A stretch of DNA of 64,000 bases, from the NCBI GenBank assembly GCA_951406725.2, contig OX597835.1, positions 4,588,001 to 4,652,000 of the forward strand. The letters are read 5' to 3'. Position 1 is the first letter of the stretch, and every line of letters begins with the position of its first letter. This document shows positions 44,700 to 57,864 of this stretch, in pieces. The notes beneath the pieces are model-generated. The model was given only the letters and a program-made list of their open reading frames with translations, did no database searches and was not told the DNA's origin. The stretch comes from Octopus vulgaris (lineage: Eukaryota). Position numbers and translations under genes: made by a program.

Positions 44700-46320
44700 T
44701 TACTTTAGAAATATTTTAATCAGAATGGCAGTGCCCAATAAATCTTAACAAGGTCTCTGACACTCGTGGGGGGTAGGAAAGTATCCTGGCTCGAATGATG
44801 GCAAGGGTAGTCTCCGTTAAAAGCACTCAAGGAGCCAGGGTGACGCATTAAGTCTACCGCCCAACTGGAAGGATTTTATGGAAGGATTCCATGGAACGAT
44901 TCGAAAATTAGAACTCGAAGAGATGAGACAAACCTGATTACCTCAACAAAAGATCTGCTGTCTTATTTGTAATCACACAAAAAAAAAATATATAAAAATT
45001 GCGTTTGTTTGGGCCCAAAATTATGACTTGTGCATCAGTTAGTTTTAAGAGGAGAACAATTTGTGCAATATCATCATCTGTATCCTTTTGCGCTGATTCT
45101 TTTGGATCCAGAAGTAAGACAGCGTGAAAACGGTTGGGGATAAAACTGGAAGTTGGTGTGGCCAGAGACTTTGCGAAAACAGTTCACGAAGATTCTCTCC
45201 GATATTTCTGTCAGATGATTCCCTTAGTATTCTTCTAGTTTTTATCACTTTGACAATGAGATTATGTGGACCTTAACAGTCAACAATGAGAACAACAGAA
45301 CTAACAGAAAAGTATTCCCTACACAAAAAGGATATAGAAAGAACACTTTGGGCAATCGCTGGCAAAAATACGATAAAAATGTCATTGAGACAAGACTGAT
45401 ATCCTCCCCAGAAGGGAAGCTATTGAAAAATGCCAGGAGGAAGACCACGTGCAAGCAGTTTTGAATGGTGTAGACCCTAAGCCAGGGCAGACGGAGGAGT
45501 TCTTTAAAGATATATGAGACATCGCGTGGTACGTTGAGACGGGCAGACAGCACGGCACAGTGGGGCTTAGGTGTCACAGCAAAGGGAAGGAGAAGAGAAC
45601 TTCCACTCTCACGAGCTGTCGGAGGACTTCACCTTTTTACCAACTTGAATCGAACACCGAATGACTGGAATGCCACAATGAGTGCCATCGAGTGGTGATA
45701 GCAGCGGAGAAATATTGAGAAGTGTCCAGAACCAAAACCACCTTTAATTGCGAACTGAGCCGGGGTAACCCTCGAAGTTCAACTGTCGACATCTATGACC
45801 CTTCTACGTCGTCCATTTGCTTTAAGGGTGGGATGTCGATTTGTGTGACGGTGCCAACAGAGACTCGAATATACTGATCCAGAAGTGTCTCGATAGAGTA
45901 TTTGTTTGCACAACAGGAAGGAATGGTGTGGAGCATCCACAGTTTCGGTTGTTGTTCTTCACAGTCAATTTAATAAACAATCTTAGAGAGGAACCTCGCT
46001 ATTAGAAACTAAATACATCATTCATCGATGAGGAAAGCCGAATTCAGGAATTACTGAAGAAAGAATTGATGGGGAAGATCGTCAAAAGCTAGTGGTGACA
46101 CTGTCTGAAGAGAGTGGAGTTGATAAAGCTTAGTTGAACAAAAGAAGTGATTAGAAAAGGAACCGTCGCAGACGGCCTTGCAGCGAAAATGGCATTTGGA
46201 CGTTTCTTCGGCGTGAAATACGAAGGTTGCGTTGTCGTAATTAACTTGTGCAGTCTTTCACGTGGGGAAGCGAAAGTTAATTGATGAGTCCTGGCGGAAG
46301 AGATGCGACGTGGCAACTAA
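44700..46320 (+). mobile_element. Highly degraded L1/Tx1-like LINE remnant
   Basis: 46175-46240 (cttgcagcga...cgaaggttgcgttgtc) aligns with 42730-42790. Boundaries are uncertain. Confidence 0.45.
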
Positions 46321-46399
46321 AACTTCGATGTTTTACGACCGACGCGTATCATTCAACTGCAGACAGAAGTCTCCCAGTTGTGAGGAGGCTCTGAGAGAG

Positions 46400-46790
46400 G
46401 ATCTATAGTGGTCATCCAAGAGTTCCTTTGCATTTCTTTAGGAGGATTGCTGAGAATTCCTCAGGGCCTGTAGCTGAGTTGAAGCTCATTTCATTACTGG
46501 CTGATATTACATCAGTTTCCACTATTTTAAAGTATTACCAATATTTACCATTTCTTTGTGTAGAGCTGTGGAAGCGAAGACCGCATCAGGCACAGCTAGC
46601 GTCCCAACGGGGATGTAAAAACCATATTTGTTTTGTACATTCAGTATTTCACTGAACCTCTGGGAGTTTAAAGTCGGTGAACCATCTTCCTCGAACCAGT
46701 GGCCATGTATTAAAGCCGACTCTTTTGTAAATCTATACACGGCTTTAAGGTTTGTCTTTACATTTTTGACAGCCCTGGCTTCTTTCTCTG
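46400..46790 (-). mobile_element. CR1/Jockey-group LINE fragment (pre-RT region)
   Basis: EKEARAVKNVKTNLKAVYRFTKE and SATGPEEFSAILLKKCK resemble the conserved IKxNPKxFY and A.GPD...LK.C motifs. Confidence 0.6.
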
Positions 46791-47324
46791 TTTTGTGTGT
46801 GTGTATGTGTGTTGCTGTGTGTGTGTGTGTGTGTGTCTGTGTGCGTGTATCAGAGTGAATGGAAATGGCTAAGTGTAGCCATCCAACGACAAACGGAAAT
46901 ACTTCGGATAACGGCGGCGGGTTAACTAACCCGGTGATATATATGTAAAAAATAGGAATTTTTATTTTTATCGATTTCTGTAAATTTTTAAAATTTCCAT
47001 CCGGTTACATTATATTTGTCGTTTTCATTGTAATCACACTATATGTTCGCTTGTCTGTCCTTGTAATGTCCCCCTCTGTGTTAGGCCCTGGGTGGCCAAT
47101 AAAAGAAATCGTGACAACAAGGTCAAGGTGAGCTCTGATTGGTTGTATGCAAATGAGTTCATTACTGGGGTCCGGAACTCTCGTGGGAAAAAAATTTTCG
47201 TGTCCCGCATGACCTCAGTCTAATGAATGAATGAAACAAGTAAAGTAAAAAAAAAACCTAAAACATAATATGAATACATACATGGTGAATACTGTTCGTG
47301 GTGGAGCACGTCCTTTAAAATACC

Positions 47325-47557
47325 TTTTTCTTTACTGCCCACAAGGGGCTAAACACAGAGGGGACAAACAAGGACAGACAAACGGATTAAGTCGATTATA
47401 TCGATCCCAGTGCGTAACTGGTACTGATTTAATCGACCCCGAAAGGATGAAAGGCAAAGTGGACCTCGGCGGAATTTTAACTCAGAACGTAGCGGCAGAT
47501 GAAATACCGCTGAGCATTTCGCCCGGCGTGCTAACAGTTCTGCCAGCTCACCGCCTT
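47325..47557 (-). mobile_element. SINE family B, near full-length
   Basis: Near-identical to the units at 15275-15499. Confidence 0.85.
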
Positions 47558-48212
47558 TCTTTAAAATACCGAAGTGGAATGTAGCCGTAAAAAGGTTTAA
47601 AAAGATTGTCTCGGGACGATCGTTTCCCAAATGGCTAAAAGAAATGCTTGCTTTAATGCAGAAAGCCCACTTAACTTCAAGACAAGTTCCATTGAAGTAA
47701 ATCGAAGTAGACTTTAACTCTTTCACACAGGGCCCCGACCCAGGATTACAGACAATAAATGCCAGGTTGAGAAAAAATAACTTCATTTTTATCTGTCAAC
47801 ATTTCTGATTCATAAAAAAAAAAGCAGAGGTAGGCAGTTACTTCCCTTTAATTTAAGGACTTACTGAGTTTTCTCCCTTACAACAATCTCCATTTAATAA
47901 TTTTTCTTTCCGACGTCATGTCAGGATATGTTGAAATATTCTTCTTGCTGTCATACGGACGTGCATTCAGTCATTCATTTATACATACATACAAGTAAAC
48001 ATATGTGTTTACTTTTAGTATGACATTGTAGGGTAGGTGTAAGCGACCAGATACGGCATGTTTGAGCATTAAACAAGTGAAATATTTTGGCTGGATATGG
48101 TTGGTTTAAATGCTAAAGGGCCAAATTAATTATATCATTTCACGTTCATGATGGAATAATTTCATTTGAAATGGAATAATTCCATTCAAAATGAGAAAAA
48201 AAAACAGTTATA

Positions 48213-48604
48213 GGTGCAGGAGTGGCTGAGTGGTAAGTAGCTTGCTTACCAACCTCATGGATCTGGGTCTGGGTTCAGTCCCACTGTGTTGCAACTTGGG
48301 CAAGTGTCTTCTACTATAGCCTCGTGAGTGGATTTGGTAGACGGAAACTGAAAGATGCCCGTCGTATATATGTGTGTGTATATGTTTGTGAGTCTGTGTT
48401 TGTCCCCACCAACATCGCTTAACAACCGATGGTGGTATGTTTACATCCCCGTAACTTAGCGGTTCGGCATAAGAGACCAATAGAATAAGTACTAGGTTTA
48501 CAAAGATTAAGTCCTGGGGTCGATTTGCTCGACTAAAGGCGGTGCTCCAGCATGGCCGCAGTCAAATGACTGAAACAAGTAAAAGAGTAAAGAGCAAAGA
48601 GAGT
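48213..48604 (+). mobile_element. SINE family A
   Basis: Near-full match to 18316-18722. Confidence 0.85.
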
Positions 48605-49004
48605 ATCTTTTATACTCATTTTGAATGTGAAATGATAGAGTTACAAAAAGACTCACCAACACTTTACAACCTTTGACCTTCAAATGATGCTGTCTCCTTT
48701 CTCTACCTTTCTAGCACTATTTCTATGGCTTGAACTTGCTAGATACAATACAGTGCTCACCCACAGCAACCTTCAAACACATACCTATTCTATTCTTATT
48801 ACTTCTACAGGGTCTCACCTGACGAATTTAACTACCAGGTGCAATCTTTTCTTCTCAGCACATTAACCCTTCTCATCAACATTTTTTCCTGTCAGGTGTT
48901 GGCTTATGATATTTAAACTGAACAGTCATATCAACCTCAAAGGGTCTGCATAGCTTGTAACCCGTTGGACGCTTCCTCCTCAATATCCTCATCACTGAAA
49001 AGAA

Positions 49005-49150
49005 TTCATCATCATCATCATCGTTTAACGTCAGCTTTCCATGCTAGCATGGGTTGGACGATTTGACTGAGGTCTGGCGAACCACATGACTGCACCAGGT
49101 TCCAATCTGATCTGGCAGAGTTTCTAACTTCTGGATGCCCTTCCTAATAC
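49005..49150 (-). mobile_element. Short interspersed repeat with (gat)n tail (RTE-type tail); other copies at 50105-50215, 58040-58210(+) and 63000-63100
   Basis: Shared catcatcatcgtttaacgtc...ttccatgctagcatgggttggacg motif. Confidence 0.6.
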
Positions 49151-50649
49151 CAAATTAAAGAACATGTTGCAGCAAACCAATAGTTATTTACCTAGTTTTA
49201 AGAACAATAACCCAAATAACATGGTTTTGAAGCCATGGAAACAGCATAAGAAAACAACCCCATTGCCTTAATATCTCAACACACACATACAAACACATAT
49301 TGAATAAAAACAATAAAACAAAACAAAAGGATATTCAAATTTTTAATAAAATACATTTCATTCATGCAGAAGAAATATTTCAGGACTTGGAATGAAGCCA
49401 TTTTAATAAGGGCCCAGATACTGGACAGACAGTAATTACATGATCAAGTCAAACACCTTTACTCAGATTTTGGATGTTCTTGGGGGCTGGTATTTTTTTT
49501 ACCTCATTACTTTACAGAAAAATCTCTTTCACAACAGAATTTCTGACATCCTTGTCATGTATAATTTGGGGAGTAGGTTATTTTATATTTTAATGGTGCA
49601 GTCAGAAGAAATAGGGCAGCACAATGATTTTTACCACACACCATTGACTGGAGAAGAGACGAGGAAGAAAGAAATGTGAATGAAGCTTGCTGCTGAAGGA
49701 ACAAGTTTGACAAAGATATTGAATATTCTATTGTCAGACTGAAGAATTCATCTGAATAAGTTGCAATAGACTGGATTCTACTAAAAGTACCCAATGGGTT
49801 TCCGGCAGAATTAACCTGGGTGGCACATTGGGTATACTACCCAAGAGCAGATACAAATCACCTAATGGGATTCTGCACAGTTTTTGTCTGCCGAGTTTCA
49901 CTTCTCAGGTGTTATTCGACTCAAAGCAATGAGAGAAGGCATTTACTGAAAGGGCCGAGTGGTTGAAACAAACATACAACCACATATGTATATATGTATG
50001 TAATATATGCACATATATATACACACATGTATACATATATATGTATGTGTGTGTGTATGCGCATATGTATATATGCATATATATACATGTATACACACAC
50101 ACATATCATCATCATCATCGTTTAACGTCCGTTTTCCGTGCTAGCATGGGTCGGATGGTTCGACCGGGGTCTGGGAAGCCAGGAGGCTGCACCAGGCTCC
50201 AGTCTGATCTGGCAATGTTTCAATGTTGACTTTAAAGAGACTTGTCAAACTTAAGAATTCATCATCAAAATTCTTAGGAGTAGCAATTGAACTAGTTTTC
50301 TAAATATTTCTGCTCTGTATTGAATACTCTTACATTAAATTGCCAATAAGTACGTGTGCGCAGGTACATACTTATAAATATCATATACACACATATATAC
50401 ATAAACATGTATATACATTAATTCATATAAAAAGCAGAGTTTTATTTTGAGATTACTAGTATTAACAATACTCGCCAAAAATCCAGACTGGAGTTGTAGT
50501 GCTCCAAGTGTGCATAGAGTGTGGATCCGGAGGAAGACACTGGAGTGTGTTCCTCTAGTTTCTGCTTGCATTGCCTCCGTTCAAATTAAGAAGTGAAATA
50601 CATTAATATATATTCATATATATACTTACATATATATATATATATATAT

Positions 50650-50855
50650 GATGCAGCACGGATTTTTGTCAGTGAACAGGTCGCGGTCTTATAGCAACGA
50701 AAATATTTTGACAAATTAAACTTAAATGTTGAAGTGAATCGAACGGCTTTTGTGTGTTTCTTAAATGGCTTACAAACACCTTCCACGCTGCAATTGTTTT
50801 CGTTCCAGCACACGATCTCAGATCAAATCACTTGCTATGCAAGTACATCTCCGTA
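50650..50855. repeat. Unclassified ~205-bp interspersed repeat (also at 56590-56793 inverted and 56800-56914)
   Basis: Direct sequence match between copies. Confidence 0.8.
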
Positions 50856-52184
50856 TATATATATATATATATATATACATACATCTACATACACATGCAC
50901 ATACAAATACATATATATATATATATGTTCATTTCGCTTAGATATTGCAAGACTAATGACCTGATGTAGGACTCAATACATGTATGTTTCAGAACATAGT
51001 GTTCGATAGAGTTTAAAGTATTGAATAAGAAAAAGAAACGATATAGGGAAAACAATGGCTATCTTATGAACTTCATAGGCTTACAGCTGGGGGGGGGGGG
51101 ACACATACGCCACGAAACTGGGAAACCGGGCCCATGAACCTGGCTAGGCTTTAAAAAGGGGACATTTATTATATTTTTATTATAAGTTTGTAGTTGGAGG
51201 ATGGGGTGGGGACAATCAATTAAATAAATACCAGCGAAGGTAAGATTCCCTTTTTATTAACCCCAGAACAAAAACAAGCAAAGTAGACATCTGTGTAATT
51301 TGATCTCAGAGCGTAGGGGTTAGGAGGGAATAACGACGAATACAATAAGGCAATACTTTACTATCTTTGACTTCTCTGCCTCTTTAACAAAATTACTAAT
51401 ACTACTTATAATAATAGTAATAAACTACTAATACTACTACTTTTAAAAATAATTGTACTAGATTAAATATTTTTCTAATATAGACACACAAAGCCATAAA
51501 TATTGGTTGAGGGGTAGGTACAGTCGAACAAATACATAAGGTGGGCCATATGACCCAGAAATGGATGATAGCAACATTTGTATATTTTTAGGGGATTTAA
51601 TTATGACACCCTGAGTGCAAGACACCAAGAACAAGAAAGCTATTGACCCAGTATACTAATAGGTGGCATTAGTACTTTTTTTGTATTATAGTTTGAATAT
51701 CGATTTTTGATTTTCTTTTGGTGACAGACATTGGATGTGCCATGGGTGACGTAAAAAGAAAATAGTCTAGGCAAAGGCAGAAAATGTTGATTGACCCATC
51801 ACTGTTTTAGATGAACCTCCAAAATGTGATTGATGCTTCTATTTTTTTGATTCCAGGAGGATGTAAAAGATAAAGTTGGCCTCAGCAGAATTTGAACTCA
51901 GATTGTAAAGTGAGCAAACTAAATGTAGCAGAGCATTTTGTCCTGTGCGTTGCTGATTTTTTCCACCTCAACTGCCTTACTACTGACAGAGGCCTTTCAA
52001 GCATTGCCACAAAACCAAATACTTGTAAAGGAGGGAGACAGTCAACTGAATGTTTTCTCCTTATATTACTGGTATTTCTTTTAATTTGTTTTATCAACCT
52101 CAGAAGGTTAAAATGAGTCAAATTTGACAGGGTTGGGGTTCAGCATTTATACAATGTAAGGTACTTTGTTTAACAATATTTAGT

Positions 52185-52775
52185 TTCTTATTTCTTTATT
52201 GCCCACAAGGGGCTAAACATAGAGGGGACAGACAAAGGGACTAAGTCGATTACATCGACTCCAGTGCGTAACTGGTGCTTAATTTATCGACCCCGGAAGG
52301 ATGAAAAGCAAAGTTGACCTTGGTGGAATTTGAACTAGTAACGTAACGGCAGATGAAATACCTATTTCTTTGCTACCCACAAGGGGGTAAATATATAGGG
52401 GACAAACAAGGACAGACACACGGATTAAGTTGATTACATCGACCCCAGTGTGTAACTGGTGCTTAATTTATCGACCCCGGAAGGATGAAAGGCAAAGTTG
52501 ACCTTGGCGGAATTTGAACTAGTAATGTAACGGCAGATGAAATACCTATTTCTTTGCTACCCACAAGGGGGTAAATATATAGGGGACAAACAAGGACAGA
52601 CACACAGATTAAGTCGATTACGTCGACCCCAGTGCATAACTGGTACTTGATTTATCAACCCTGAAAGGAAGAAAGGCAAAGTCAACCTCGGCGGAATTTG
52701 AACTCAGAATGTAACGGCAGACGAAATACTGCTATGCATTTCGCCTGACATGCTAACACTTCTGCCAGCTCGCTG
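52185..52775 (-). mobile_element. Tandem array of SINE family B
   Basis: Three ~184-bp units with the same junction as the 14918 array. Confidence 0.85.
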
Positions 52776-53330
52776 TCGTAACATTTTATAGTCTCTGCCA
52801 CTCAGTCAACCTAATAATAAAAATAACAATAACTAAAGAATTATTTGCATCATTCACACAGAATCATGACAAAAAAAAAAAAGAAAAAAAAAATGGTGAC
52901 TTCACTCAGAATAAATAAAATTACAAAAGAAGGATTATCTCAATATTTTCTACAAAATCTGTTTTTATGACAAAAGAGCAGGTTTAACTTTGATAAATAT
53001 CATTTCATATCTACACTGAAAAAATGAATATGTTTTGTTTTTTTTTGTTTAAATCTGAATTTTAAAAGAAATCATATGAAAAATGTTTTTCACAGCCAAG
53101 AGGAGAATATCAAAAAGAGGGGATAGGAAAAAAAAAAGAAAAATCTCCCTTTATTTTGTTTCAATTATTTAGTTTCTTTTGTTACACACATACACACATA
53201 CATACATGCATACATATGTATATGTGTGTATTTATGTATATATGTGTGTGTGTGTATATATATATATACATATATATACATATATATACATATATATACA
53301 TATACACACATACATACATGCATACATATG

Positions 53331-53424
<94 letters not shown>

Positions 53425-53462
53425 GCTTGTATACATACACACACATATATATGCATATATGT

Positions 53463-53535
<73 letters not shown>

Positions 53536-53606
53536 AACACATACACACACGTTATTCTGTCACAATACATGAAAGGTATCTCAGCAAAGCATAGGCAAAT
53601 GTATCT

Positions 53607-54702
53607 CTAGTTATTAAAATTCTGTGAGGTCTGTATAACCTTCTGTACTTTTATAAAAATACTTCCTACTAAATTTCCATCGATGAGATACACAGAATCC
53701 TTTTGCGTCAACAATTTCAAGGGTATCACATTCTCGACAACAGCCCCGCAGCTGTCTCGACTAAACGTGTGGGCCCCATGGTAGGTGTACACGACATACT
53801 CCAAGTCTTTCTTTTTACCATAGAATACTATTGTGAACTCTACTTTAAGGGCCAGATCTGGTGTCACCGTACAGTCTATGTTCATCATGGTCATGTCTGT
53901 CTGACGACCAAGATAACGTCCGTATAAAGAGTACGCACTGAAGTAGCCCTTTGAGAAGAATTCCACACGGAAAGTAAATTTCTTAACAACTGATCGAGAG
54001 GGAGCAGCATAAACAATTGGAACGTCAAACATAGCATCGATTTTGCTGTTAATTTTGGTTACTTCCCGGTACTTCTGAAGACCAATTTTGCAACAAATTG
54101 AATATGAGTCATCCGTGTAATTTCGGTAAGGTTCTTTGCCTATATCAGTAAGAACATCAGACGAAAGTGAATGGTAGCGATAAGCTGCGTTTAATGGTGG
54201 ACTGAAAATGTCTGGGTTATTACGACACAAATTGGAAGACTCAATGTCCAAGAGTTGGCGTGGTGTCATCATACTAAAGCGTAACAGCGGAATTATTTTT
54301 GCCAAATTATCTTCAGTTTTTTCTAGTCGGCTTTCAGAAACCACCAGCCATTTCTCAACCTCCTTCCAGAGAGCAGCTTCACTGCTAACAAGAAGCTCAG
54401 AGTTTTTCAAGAACTCTTCAACTTCAGAGTCAGAAACGTCCAGCCAATCAGCTGTGCGAAGAATAAGGTCAAAGTTTGATGTGATGAATTTCAAGCAGTT
54501 GGCTGCCAACTCATCCTGGTTAGTCATTTTGGCATACTGGTACCACGTCAGAGTCCTGTTAGTGTCTGGTGATTCCACAATGTGTCGCAGCATATAATCC
54601 ACACAAGACTTACGCAAACTAGACAGAGAGTATTTATCCGCAAGCAAGAGAATTGGAAGGGTCGTGTCTGTTGTAAGTTCCACTTTGCCGCAATAAATAT
54701 AC
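53607..54702 (-). CDS. BTBD17: BTBD17-like gene, last coding exon (end of BTB, BACK domain, C-terminal beta-rich domain)
   Basis: Acceptor ttttccag| at 54703-54704; YIYCGKV...[20 protein letters not shown]...WYQYA...[14 protein letters not shown]...[12 protein letters not shown] (BTB end plus BACK); TAG at 53607-53609. The spliced CDS is 218+99+1096=1413 nt (470 aa). Confidence 0.93.
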
Positions 54703-55115
54703 CTGGAAAACATGGAAAATAAAAGAGATGATAAAACTAAACTGAGACGTATCAATGACAATAACAACAACATCATCAAGGGAACAGAAGTGGGAAACTT
54801 CAATTTATTTCAATTGAATTTAAACTTAATTGTAATTCGAATTTAATTATAGCCATGAAACGTACGTAGTGTTTTTACTTATTATATCATATTTATCATT
54901 CTTTTTATACTTTTTGAAAAAAAAATTTATAAATATATATTATATATTATATTAATTATATTTATATTATTGTTATTTGTGTATTGGTTTATGTCTATCA
55001 CTGTTTGAGTTGCCTAATAGTGGTTTTATCGCTAATTCATATTTTATATATTTATACTGTGAAATTTGATTTATTACTAAATCTAATTTTCCCTGTAAGT
55101 TTGGAGCCATACTCC

Positions 55116-55169
<54 letters not shown>

Positions 55170-55745
55170 TAATCCAAACATGAAAACACAAAGAGAAAAC
55201 ACAACAACGCGAGGACATGGAACAAATATAGTATTATTGGACTCTCAGGAAGGAAGGGAAGAAGGAGGGTTTTACATTTCGAGCGGAGCTCTTCGTCAGA
55301 AACATAGGAAAAGGAAAGATCCAGAGAAGGGAAGACGGAGGGAAAAAAATCGCCAACGGTACACATGCGGTCACACATACATATATACATACATACATAT
55401 ATATATATATATTTGGCTTTATTACTAGATATACATCATACATCAACCTACTGCTGGTCACTCATCTGTAAAGTAAAAATAAAAGTTGTTTGCGGCAGAC
55501 AGTAAGAAACGAAGCAGACAGAGTTATCTCCCTTGTATAAGAGCAAATTTTCCACATCTGCGGTGTTATGTTACTCGAATGGTTGATTACGTGGTCTGCC
55601 GTCCACTGACATCAGAAATACATCGACACGTCAAGGATGGAACTTCTGTATGGCTACTCAACCTTTTAGAATTATTAGCCAAATCTCCATCACATTACAC
55701 ATTAGCTTCTTCAGAAAAAGAAAAAAAGTGCATTGGATAGTTCTA

Positions 55746-56136
55746 GAGTGGCTGTGTGGTAAGTAGCTTGCTAAACAATCACATGGTTCCGGGTTCAGTC
55801 CCACTGCGTGGCATCTTGGGCAAGTGTCTTCTGCTATAGCCCCGGGCCGACCAATGCCTTGTGAGTGGATTTGGTAGACGGAAACTGAAAGAAGCCTGTT
55901 GTATATATGTATGTGTGTGTGCGTTTGTGTGTCTGTGTATGTCCCCCTAGTATTGCTTGGCAACCGATGCTGGTGTGTTTACGTCCCCGTCACTTAGCGG
56001 TTCGGCAAAAGAGACCGATAGAATAAGTACTGGGCTTACGAAAGAATAAGTCCCAGGGTCGATTTGCTCGACTAAAGGCGGTGCTCCAGCATGGCCGCAG
56101 TCAAATGACTGAAACAAGTAAAAGAGTAAAGAGAGT
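55746..56136 (+). mobile_element. SINE family A in the second coding intron of the BTB gene (antisense)
   Basis: Near-identical to 18316-18722. Confidence 0.85.
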
Positions 56137-56282
56137 ATACACTATATCCTCAAACAGCTTGTTCATGTCTGACTGGGGAAAGGAGCTAAAAAAAAAACCA
56201 TCAACAACGCTAAGTCATCTGCTAACAAGGATAAAATGGGAGACCCTATTTGATATATTCAATCAAGGTTTTACTTATTTAC

Positions 56283-56381
56283 TTCAAGAATTGGCCAAAA
56301 ACTGGAATACATTCATCAGTTTCATTTAATTCGATCTCAGGTTGACGAGATTCTCTCCATCGCTCTTCGTTTAACATTGCA
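56283..56381 (-). CDS. BTBD17: BTBD17-like gene, coding exon 2 (99 bp, BTB domain; absent from ORF track)
   Basis: Read manually: acceptor ctttcag|, then (N)AMLNEERWRESRQPEIELNETDECIPVFGQFL(K), donor AA|GTAAAT. Phase 2 at both ends joins exon 1 (SEVFN-AML) and exon 3 (FLK-YIYCG) in frame, giving the canonical BTB motifs F.AML...W.ES and F..FL.YIY.G. Confidence 0.88.
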
Positions 56382-56677
56382 CTGAAAGAGAAAGAAAAAG
56401 GGAAAATTAACACCAAATACAATAACACTGTGAGATACTGAGTATTTTATGTTTTTTTTAAATAAGGGCAATAACACATATAGATGCATTCAGGGTGTCT
56501 TAGAGGATAACAACATCATTTTTCTCAGTTGAGAAATAATCCTGGCAAGTTAGCGGAATCCAGTTTGATAATGTGAATATAATAATATTACGGAGATGTA
56601 CTCGCATAGCAAGTAATTTGATCTGAGATCGTGTGCTGAAATGAAAACAATTGCAGCGTGGAAGGTGTTTATAAGCC

Positions 56678-56914
56678 ATTTAAGAAACACACAAAAGCCG
56701 TTCGATTCACTTCAACATTTAAGTTTAATTTGTCAAAATATTTTCGTCGCTAAAATCCGCGACCTGTTCACTGACAAAAATCTGTGCTGCATCACCTGAG
56801 ATGCAGCACGGACTTTGTCAGTGAACAGGTCGCGGATTTTAGCGACGAAAATATTTTGACAAATTAAACTTAAATGTTGAAGTGAATCGAACGGCTTTTG
56901 TGTGTTTCTTAAAT
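56678..56914. repeat. Near-perfect inverted repeat (~115-bp arms, 6-nt loop) in the BTB gene intron
   Basis: Arms 56678-56793 and 56800-56914, loop acctga, about 3 differences. Confidence 0.9.
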
Positions 56915-57646
56915 ATAATAATAATAATAATAAAATTATTGTATACAGTGCTCAGGCGCACCACAACTTGTCAAAAGTGCGTATAAAGTGAGATGCATGT
57001 GCCTGGTGTACCCTTATCAGATGGGTAGTCATGATGGGTATACTGGGCTTTGTATATTTTACTCCAGTGTCACTTTGATGGCATGCACTGCTCTCTCACT
57101 CAATTATAATAATAATAATAATAATAATAACATCGAAAAATACTTTGGGATGAGAACCCAGGTTCGAAATTTCCCCAAGACACCTGAAGAAGGGATGAGG
57201 GTATATCAGCCGATACGTTGTGTTAACAACCAACAAGATGAGGACAAATATCTGTCGAATGTAAATAAACTGTCATCAAATGAAAAGGAAATATAGCACC
57301 ATGATCTGTTTATTTTACACACATACACACATACATAAGGGATGGCTGGTGTTAAGAAGGGCATCCAGATGTACACACCAGATGTAAACACCAGATGTAA
57401 AGACCATGCCAAAAACTTCCATGCTTCCTGAGATTCGCCAACACTACACTTGATTTCCTCCCCTCCATACACACACAAGCATGTATCTGACTCATACATT
57501 GTTCGCTTTCCAGACATTTCTATATTACTGCATGTACTTTATATGCACTTTCTGACAAGTTGTGGTGCACCTGAGCACTGTATACAATTAATTTCATTAT
57601 CATTATCATTTTAATGTAAATAATGAACAAATTACAGGTTACTTAC

Positions 57647-57864
57647 TTGAAGACTTCACTTGCTGTAACTAACAGAAATTTGTGGGCATAATAAACATCA
57701 CCACAGATGTTCAACCGAATGTCACTGAAGTGAGGACTATTGAAGAGTTCTTCAAAACGGTTGGCCACTGCACATTCATCTTTTACCATTTCTGCAGTAG
57801 GGTTCACCAACTCATCGCAGATTTTGTCATCACAGCGTGCAGACTTATGAGGTGATGACGACAT
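57647..57864 (-). CDS. BTBD17: BTB/POZ-BACK protein (BTBD17-like), coding exon 1 (N-terminal half of BTB domain)
   Basis: ATG at 57864 (MSSSPHKSARC...LFNSPHFSDIRLNICGDVYYAHKFLLVTASEVF), a typical BTB start (SDIxL...YxAHKxLL..S.VF). Ends at a perfect donor AA|GTAAGT (phase 2). An upstream acceptor tttacag lies at 57897-57898, so a further upstream (probably UTR) exon is expected. The symbol is a family-level call and orthology is unproven. Confidence 0.85.

Noticed and set aside
54208-54597. 129-aa plus-strand ORF
   Set aside because: Antisense shadow of the BTB-BACK exon.
54703-54803. Signal-peptide-like N-terminus MKFPTSVPLMMLLLLSLIRL of the 398-aa ORF
   Set aside because: It lies upstream of the ttttccag acceptor and is intronic; the real upstream BTB sequence is supplied by the exons at 56283-56381 and 57647-57864.
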